Below, piece after piece: positions 20,034 through 26,624 of a stretch of DNA of 26,624 bases. Position numbers and translations under genes: made by a program. Every line of letters begins with the position of its first letter. The stretch's first letter is position 1. Origin of the DNA: Craspedostauros australis (lineage: Eukaryota); NCBI GenBank assembly GCA_030167865.1, contig JALAGF010006190.1:62001-88624 (forward strand), in the 5' to 3' direction. The notes beneath the pieces are model-generated. The model worked only from the letters and a program-made list of their open reading frames with translations. It was not told the DNA's origin and did not search any database.

Positions 20034-22070
20034 GATTCCCTGCTTGAGCGCTGCTCTTGTCTACTCTGTGGCTCTCTTGGTCTTTGTTTCTTGATCCTTC
20101 GAAGATTTGGGTGTGCTGATGGATTGTGTGCGATCTGGTTGGTTGCAGAGGACGGCCGTACGAGTCTGTGTGAGGAAGAGCACATCAGAGTAGAGCAGCT
20201 CGTGCTCGGCTGGCCGTACGTCGATCGCGCCCTTCCTGATCCTTGGCAACCCCCACCACTTTGTCGCAGAAGGAGCCGATCGGGACGCTCGTGGAGAGAC
20301 GTCAGTGCCCCTTCGGATTTGCACCGTGTTTCGGATCTGTGGTGACCTGTTCCCACCACTTCTCACCAGGAACCGATGACGGCCAGTCCCAGAGTGCGAT
20401 GGGGGGACTGTGTTGCGTTGCTGTATTTGGAGAATCTACTTCTTAGTATCTAGATTTGGGACATGAGGGATAATCTATGTGACGACAAGTGAATTGCTCC
20501 AGTACGACTTCGCAAGAAGGGTGTCCCCAATGCCTTCTTCATGTTCCATCGACTATCACTGATACACGTACGGAACTAATACACACCCAACACCTCCCAA
20601 CAACGAACATGAATAGGAGAACATAATGGAGCAGAACAGAGTACACGCACTCTGACAGAAGTAGCGCAGGTGCACCAATGGTGGGGAGCATGGTAGTACC
20701 AGTGGGCACATATGGGTCGTATGGTTCGCCACAGACCGATCGCACCAAGGCCCCTCCACATGCAAGCCACGGGGCACCTGGGGAGGCAAGCTACTCTACA
20801 CAGCGGAATGATCACTGCTTCTACTCCAGATCTGCATATCCATGCTTTGCTATGATAGATCAATCATAGATGCTTGGTACCTGCAGAGATAAACGGGGAA
20901 GATACGGGCTGCAAGTTCATGAAGGCGATTCTCCCAAGCCCTACCTGTTCGGATATTGCCAGGAGCGCTGTGCTGGCTGTGTGAAAGCAAGTTGCACAGA
21001 ATTCTGGGGCGGGGTGGCTGTCTTCACCCCCTTGCAATGGACTGGCCGATCTCAGTTAATGATGCATCGTGGAGGCAGAGGTACACCGTCCGAACGGGCC
21101 TTGGTCTCATGGTACTCAATGGCATGGAATCTTCGTGCAGAAGGCATTGTATCTGAAAAAGAGCGAGGAAGGAAGTCGACTTGCATCTGCTCTTGAGGTA
21201 TTTCTGCAGAGTGTAGTGCGTATGTAGAATATGGTACTCGATTATGTGATAGTGTGTGTAATACATCAGTACCGTGTGGTATGCAGATGGGCCTGCCATT
21301 GGATTGCTCAGGAGGCTGTGGTGAATGTGAGTGCTCGCACATGCCAGTACAACAACAGCAGTTAGTCCCATGTTTGAAATAGTTGCAGATGGGCACCGAG
21401 ATCATTCAGAAGGTGGTCTGACCGTTCAAGTGACCGTAAGATTGTGGGCGCGACTGTGACCGTTTAACACGGACCCGACTGTCACACTCGGGAACACATA
21501 ATCCATTTCGTCTCATCCCAACCACGATTGGATTGAGGCCGTCCAGATGAACTGGCGAAAGTGTGACATGAAACAGTCATCGCTGGTCATCGCCGACCAC
21601 CTTGTGGATTCCAAGCCCGAAGGAGGGTTCCGCCGATTGTTTGGTCTTGGATTGGGATAAACGGTAAATTATATATTTTAGTACTTGTATGAAGCGATAT
21701 CACCAGTTGTCCGGTTTCGTTCCTTGTTAATATTCATTATGTCGTAACCCCGGATTTCTCCGGGCGTGAAAGTTGATAAGTATATTACATTTTATATACA
21801 TCGTATACATAATAATGATGTCCGTGATGAGATTGAGAAAGACCCATGGATTCTTCGCCTCTCCGGATTGGGCACCAAAATGACCGGACGGGGAAAGGTC
21901 GGGAACAGGACAGAGAGAAACAAACCGGTGTTGTGGACGCTTGGGTGAGTCTCTCTTCGCTCTCCCGGTGCTGGGTGTTGCCACGTCTGCGGGAGACTCG
22001 GTGCAAGAACACCAACACCAATTGTCTGTTCTGCCCTGGCTGTTTGCATCTCCCTCTCCTCTCCACCGCG

Positions 22071-22114
22071 TTGTTGGTTGTTGGTTGTTGGTTGTTGGTT
22101 GTTGGTTGTTGTTG
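22071..22114 (+). repeat. (TTGTTGG)5 + (TTG)3 minisatellite upstream of the giant secreted-protein gene
   Basis: Five perfect 7-mers at 22071-22105 followed by ttgttgttg. A (CAA)7 run lies at 22281-22301, just before the ATG. Confidence 0.9.
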
Positions 22115-22304
22115 ACACCAGCGATGTCATCGCTGCAATCCCACCGAATCGGCTTGTTTTCGAAAATGTGAAAACAAGGCCGATTGCGTCCCATCCATCA
22201 GCTCATAAAATCACTTTTCTTGTGGCCCTAACAACGTTTACGAGAAGAGAGATTGAGAAAGTGAACAAAGCTTTTGAAGACAACAACAACAACAACAACA
22301 ACTG

Positions 22305-25300
22305 ATGATGATGGTAACCAAGCGAGTTACTCCCATCCCCCCGTGGGCGGGTCGGAGCGGACTTCTCTTGGTGCTATGTGCACTGGTTTTGACAGGTGGT
22401 AAAGAGGCGGAGGGCCTCAAGGTGACCAGGGTTTCCTCTGGTCAGGGTTACCATGGCGGACCTTCCGATGGTGTCGATCACCAAAGGAAGTTGCTTGGCG
22501 ATGCGAATCGCCATGGCAAGCTGCTTGGTGGAGAGGAGGAGAAAGATGAGGCCGAAGGCAAACGCGAAGGCGGAGCCATGCGGTTCCTGTACGGTGCACA
22601 GGTGGATGTTGGAGCGAGAACGGGGAGTTTCTACTCCGCGTTGGGAAGGAATGTGAAGCAGGAGACTTTGGAGAAAGCTCAAGATTGTGATCCAGACAAT
22701 AAGAGCACTTGGAAGTTCTGCGCGCCTCACATGCTTCCCAATTCGAACTTCAACCCAAACTTGCCCCCCGAGATTGCGGCCCAGCGAAGCAACGAAGTTG
22801 CGTACCTGGCTAAGCAAGCGAAGGGAGGTGGGCTCACCGGACCCAACAAAGGGAACGGCCTTGACAAGGCCAAACCCATCGTTGGCTCCGAGAGTCCTGG
22901 AAGAAGCGTCGACGCACAAAGCGACGGAGGAACCCTCTTGGGTGACTCCGAAGCGGAAAGCGCCGATGCGACTGTCGGTTCTACGATCGGTGCGAAGGAC
23001 GCTGGAGGATTTGGGAGTGACGGTGGAGTCAAGAACAAGAGAACCTCTCCTGGTAGCAATACTGTTGGAGAGGGTCTGGTTCGCGATGAAGCTGTCCCGA
23101 CCAATGACTCGGTGTCCGCCCGCACCAGTCTTGACGAGCTGAGCAGCTTGCCAGCGATCTGCGTTCTAGATCCTGATCATCCTGCGTGCCAAGAGGCACG
23201 GGCCAGGATGCTTCAGACCACGGACGCGGGGGGCGGCAGCTCTGCTCCCTCGCTTGCGAGTGCAACCGACAACAGCCCGGTCGAAGCCCCCGTTTCAGCC
23301 GAAAACCCATATGCCTCGGACTGGCCTTCTGGTTCCAAAACCACCGAATCGCCAACCAAGGATATGTGTTACGGTAACATGGAAATAGCGAAGCGCAAGT
23401 TCTGCGAGTCCGAGATGCCCTCAGTTTCGTCTGAGCCATCTCAAACGCCGACAGCGTTCTCTCCAAGCCCAGAAAGCGGACAGACCATCCCAACCGCGAC
23501 GACCCCCTCAGATCCTGGTTCACCATCTGGACAAGGATCCGATGCCCCAAGCGACGTTCCCAGCGAAAGTCCAACGGGCGAGGGTGGAAGCCGTACCCGC
23601 CGTCCAGCGGACTCCCCTGACAGCTTCAAGCCTCCTGGTAATTCTGGAGCTGGTAGCGACGCTCCAAGCGACGTTCCCAGCGAAAGTCCAACCGGCGAGG
23701 GTGGAAGCCGCACCCGGCGTCCAGCGGACTCCCCTGACAGCTTCAAGCCTCCTGGTAATTCTGGAGCTGGTAGCGACGCTCCAAGCGACGTTCCCAGCGA
23801 AAGTCCCACCGGTGAGGGCGGAAGCCGTTCCCGGCGGCCCTTCGGAATCCCTGGTACGAGTTTCGATACCCCTGTGGGTACAGATCCTCCAACCAGCAGT
23901 TCTGCTCCAACTGACTGTTACGACAGTATCGAGCCAAAACTCGAACGCCAAGTTGGAGTAGACTTCCCATGGGCTGATGGCGTGGTCGATGTGCAGCATC
24001 AAACCGGAAATAGTGTCACGTTCCAAATCCTTCAGGTTTGGAGCCGAAGCATTCTCCCGATGCTTGCGGTGCACTACCACAACTCTCCTGGATCAACGGT
24101 TTGCGATATGAACGTCGATGTTCAATATCAGGATACCTTTGACTACACGGCTCATTGCTTCGGAAACTATACGGACATTCGCGTTTACCTCTTCGTCGGC
24201 GACGACTTCGACGAGGAAAAATGCGAGGCGTGTCAAACGCCACCAGATGATTCCAATGACACAGTGGCCTACTTCCTTGAACTATCATGTCATGACTGCG
24301 TCGAAGTGACTGCTCCTCCGAGCGTCACAGCACCGTCGCAGCCCGTGATTTCACCGACACCGCCCACCGGCGACGTCGGGAGTGATGCCCCAAGTGACGT
24401 GCCGAGTGAAGCGCCTACCGGAGACGGAGGGAGCCGCACTCGTCGCCCACAGTCACCACAGGTGCCTTCTGCACCAACTGGAGACGAGCCAACCGGAGAC
24501 GAGCCAACTGGAGAAGTCGGAAGTGATGCCCCAAGTGATGTGCCGAGTGAAGCGCCAACCGGAGACGGAGGGAGCCGCACTCGTCGCCCACAGTCACCAC
24601 AGGTGCCTTCTGCACCAACTGGAGACGCACCAACTGGAGANGANCCAACTGGAGAAGTCGGAAGTGATGCCCCAAGTGACGTGCCGAGTGAAGCGCCTAC
24701 CGGAGACGGAGGGAGCCGCACTCGTCGCCCACAGTCACCACAGGTGCCTTCTGCACCAACTGGAGACGCACCAACTGGAGACGAGCCAACTGGAGACGAG
24801 CCAACTGGAGAAGTCGGAAGTGATGCCCCAAGTGACGTGCCGAGTGAAGCGCCAACCGGAGACGGAGGGAGTCGCACTCGCCGCCCACAGTCACCACAGG
24901 TGCCTTCTGCACCAACTGGAGACGAGCCCACTGGAGACGAGCCAACTGGAGAAGTCGGAAGTGATGCCCCAAGTGATGTGCCGAGTGAGGCGCCAACCGG
25001 AGACGGAGGGAGCCGCACTCGTCGCCCACAGTCACCACAGGTGCCTTCTGCACCAACTGGAGACGCACCAACTGGAGACGAGCCAACTGGAGAAGTCGGA
25101 AGTGATGCCCCAAGTGACGTGCCGAGTGAAGCGCCTACCGGAGACGGAGGGAGTCGCACTCGCCGCCCACAGTCGCCACAGGTGCCTTCTGCGCCAACTG
25201 GAGACGAGCCCACTGGAGACGAGCCAACTGGAGAAGTCGGAAGTGATGCCCCAAGTGATGTGCCTAGTGAAGCGCCTACCGGAGACGGAGGGAGCCGCAC

Positions 25301-26624
25301 TCGCCGCCCACAGTCACCACAGGTGCCTTCTACACCAACTGGAGACGAGCCAACCGGAGACGAGCCAACCGGAGACGAGCCAACTGGAGACGAGCCAACT
25401 GGAGAAGTCGGAAGTGATGCCCCAAGTGACGTGCCGAGTGAGGCGCCTACCGGAGACGGAAGGACTCGCACTCGCCGCCCACAGTCGCCACAGGTGCCTT
25501 CTGCGCCAAGTGCTGAGGAGCCCACTGGAGACGAGCCAACTGGAGANNNNNNNACTGGAGACGAGCCAACTGGAGACGAGCCAACTGGAGATGAACCAAC
25601 TGGAGAAGTCGGAAGTGATGCCCCAAGTGACGTGCCGAGTGAGGCGCCAACCGGAGACGGAAGGACTCGCACTCGCCGCCCACAGTCGCCACAGGTGCCT
25701 TCTGCGCCAAGTGCCGAGGAGCCCACTGGAGACGAGCCAACTGGAGACGAACCAACTGGAGACGAACCAACTGGAGACGAACCAACTGGAGACGAACCAA
25801 CTGGAGACGAGCCAACTGGAGAAGTCGGAAGTGATGCCCCAAGTGACGTGCCGAGTGAGGCGCCTACCGGAGACGGAAGGACTCGCACTCGCCGCCCACA
25901 GTCGCCACAGGTGCCTTCTGCGCCAAGTGCTGAGGAGCCCACTGGAGACGAGCCAACTGGAGACGAGCCAACTGGAGACGAGCCAACTGGAGACGAGCCA
26001 ACTGGAGATGAACCAACTGGAGAAGTCGGAAGTGATGCCCCAAGTGACGTGCCGAGTGAGGCGCCTACCGGAGACGGAAGGACTCGCACTCGCCGCCCAC
26101 AGTCGCCACAGGTGCCTTCTGCGCCAAGTGCTGAGGAGCCCACTGGAGACGAGCCAACTGGAGATGAACCAACTGGAGATGAACCAACTGGAGAAGTCGG
26201 AAGTGATGTCCCAAGTGACGTGCCGAGTGAGGCGCCTACCGGAGACGGAGGGAGCCGCACTCGCCGCCCACAGTCGCCACAGGTGCCTTCTGTGCCAACA
26301 TCCGGCCCAACTTCTGGACCAACTAGCGGACCAACTGGAGGCCCAACCTCTGGACCTACTTCTGGACCAACCAGCGGACCAACAAGCGGACCAACATCCG
26401 GACCAACTTCTGGACCGACTTCTGGACCAACCAGCGGACCAACTTCTGGACCAACTAGCGGACCAACTGGAGGCCCAACCTCTGGACCTACTTCTGGACC
26501 AACCAGCGGACCAACATCCGGCCCAACATCTGGACCAACTAGCGGACCTACTTCTGGACCAACATCTGGACCAACATCCGGCCCAACTTCTGGACCAACT
26601 AGCGGACCAACATCCGGCCCAACA
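22305..26624 (+). CDS. Giant secreted mucin-like (P/T/S/G/D/E-rich) cell-surface or extracellular-matrix protein, at least 1440 aa, 3' end outside the window
   Basis: An in-frame stop at 22275 is followed by ATG 22305, and the frame stays open for 1440 codons to the edge (not in the ORF track because it has no stop). Signal peptide MMMVTKRVTPIPPWAGRSGLLLVLCALVLTGGKEAEG-L. RXL motifs at aa 61, 93 and 301. A Cys-rich module spans aa 538-665, followed by long tandem repeats whose variation is mostly at synonymous third positions in this frame. Confidence 0.9.
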   Translation, partial: MMMVTKRVTPIPPWAGRSGLLLVLCALVLTGGKEAEGLKVTRVSSGQGYHGGPSDGVDHQRKLLGDANRHGKLLGGEEEKDEAEGKREGGAMRFLYGAQVDVGARTGSFYSALGRNVKQETLEKAQDCDPDNKSTWKFCAPHMLPNSNFNPNLPPEIAAQRSNEVAYLAKQAKGGGLTGPNKGNGLDKAKPIVGSESPGRSVDAQSDGGTLLGDSEAESADATVGSTIGAKDAGGFGSDGGVKNKRTSPGSNTVGEGLVRDEAVPTNDSVSARTSLDELSSLPAICVLDPDHPACQEARARMLQTTDAGGGSSAPSLASATDNSPVEAPVSAENPYASDWPSGSKTTESPTKDMCYGNMEIAKRKFCESEMPSVSSEPSQTPTAFSPSPESGQTIPTATTPSDPGSPSGQGSDAPSDVPSESPTGEGGSRTRRPADSPDSFKPPGNSGAGSDAPSDVPSESPTGEGGSRTRRPADSPDSFKPPGNSGAGSDAPSDVPSESPTGEGGSRSRRPFGIPGTSFDTPVGTDPPTSSSAPTDCYDSIEPKLERQVGVDFPWADGVVDVQHQTGNSVTFQILQVWSRSILPMLAVHYHNSPGSTVCDMNVDVQYQDTFDYTAHCFGNYTDIRVYLFVGDDFDEEKCEACQTPPDDSNDTVAYFLELSCHDCVEVTAPPSVTAPSQPVISPTPPTGDVGSDAPSDVPSEAPTGDGGSRTRRPQSPQVPSAPTGDEPTGDEPTGEVGSDAPSDVPSEAPTGDGGSRTRRPQSPQVPSAPTGDAPTGXXPTGEVGSDAPSDVPSEAPTGDGGSRTRRPQSPQVPSAPTGDAPTGDEPTGDEPTGEVGSDAPSDVPSEAPTGDGGSRTRRPQSPQVPSAPTGDEPTGDEPTGEVGSDAPSDVPSEAPTGDGGSRTRRPQSPQVPSAPTGDAPTGDEPTGEVGSDAPSDVPSEAPTGDGGSRTRRPQSPQVPSAPTGDEPTGDEPTGEVGSDAPSDVPSEAPTGDGGSRTRRPQSPQVPSTPTGDEPTGDEPTGDEPTGDEPTGEVGSDAPSDVPSEAPTGDGRTRTRRPQSPQVPSAPSAEEPTGDEPTGXXXTGDEPTGDEPTGDEPTGEVGSDAPSDVPSEAPTGDGRTRTRRPQSPQVPSAPSAEEPTGDEPTGDEPTGDEPTGDEPTGDEPTGDEPTGEVGSDAPSDVPSEAPTGDGRTRTRRPQSPQVPSAPSAEEPTGDEPTGDEPTGDEPTGDEPTGDEPTGEVGSDAPSDVPSEAPTGDGRTRTRRPQSPQVPSAPSAEEPTGDEPTGDEPTGDEPTGEVGSDVPSDVPSEAPTGDGGSRTRRPQSPQVPSVPTSGPTSGPTSGPTGGPTSGPTSGPTSGPTSGPTSGPTSGPTSGPTSGPTSGPTSGPTGGPTSGPTSGPTSGPTSGPTSGPTSGPTSGPTSGPTSGPTSGPTSGPTSGPT
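23535..23840 (+). repeat. Coding repeat A: 117-bp (39 aa) unit x 2.6
   Basis: GSDAPSDVPSESPTGEGGSRTRRPADSPDSFKPPGNSGA at 23535 and 23652, with a partial copy at 23769. Confidence 0.92.
24375..26294 (+). repeat. Coding repeat B: 12 units of a 111-bp core plus a variable number of nested 15-bp subunits
   Basis: SDAP anchors (SDVP in the last unit) at 24381, 24522, 24663, 24819, 24960, 25101, 25242, 25413, 25614, 25830, 26031 and 26202. Spacings 141,141,156,141,141,141,171,201,216,201,171 equal 111+15n. Core SDAPSDVPSEAPTGDGGSRTRRPQSPQVPSA...PTGEVG; subunit PTGDE (variants PTGDA, PSAEE). Ns at 24641, 24644 and 25547-25553. Confidence 0.95.
26295..26624 (+). repeat. Coding repeat C: 12-bp (PTSG)n array, about 27 units to the window edge
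   Basis: cca aca tcc ggc / cca act tct gga / cca act agc gga and similar codon variants, with PTGG variants at 26331 and 26463. Confidence 0.95.

Noticed and set aside
19422..20345. 307-aa plus-strand ORF
   Set aside because: Antisense to asd exon 1.
22071..22301. Complementarity between the (TTGTTGG)n/(TTG)n and (CAA)7 tracts suggesting a 5' UTR stem
   Set aside because: Both are common simple repeats, the perfect pairing is short, and the transcription start is unknown.
24290..26260. 656-aa minus-strand ORF (SPVGS repeats) and other short minus-strand ORFs over the array
   Set aside because: Antisense shadows of the plus-strand coding repeat. The plus frame has the ATG, signal peptide and globular domain.
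24375..26294. Regular repeats superficially like a CRISPR array
   Set aside because: No unique spacers, all lengths are multiples of 3 inside an open frame, the context is eukaryotic, and there are no cas genes.

Overview
Gene-dense eukaryotic nuclear DNA, most likely from a diatom and probably a raphid pennate (inference from GT-AG introns, bipartite signal peptide + Phe-initiated plastid presequences and RXL processing motifs). Seven protein-coding genes are supported. (1) A plastid-targeted isochorismate synthase (MenF/ICS, minus strand) runs off the left edge, is absent from the ORF track and may be the start of a PHYLLO-type fusion. (2) NDUFAF7/MidA methyltransferase. (3) A three-exon plastid bestrophin-like (BST/VCCN1-type) channel, preceded by a cluster of TGACGTCA/ACGTCA elements. 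(4) Proteasome subunit beta-7 (PSMB4). (5) Two-exon NF-YC. (6) Two-exon plastid aspartate-semialdehyde dehydrogenase. (7) A giant secreted mucin-like protein (at least 1440 aa, plus strand from 22305) runs off the right edge and is also absent from the ORF track. It has RXL sites, Cys-pair loops, one Cys-rich globular module and three hierarchical repeat arrays, and is the most unusual element here. A lower-GC tract of about 4.4 kb (about 8.9-13.3 kb) has no recognisable gene but shows minus-strand splice signals. No tRNA, rRNA, CRISPR array or recognisable transposon was seen.
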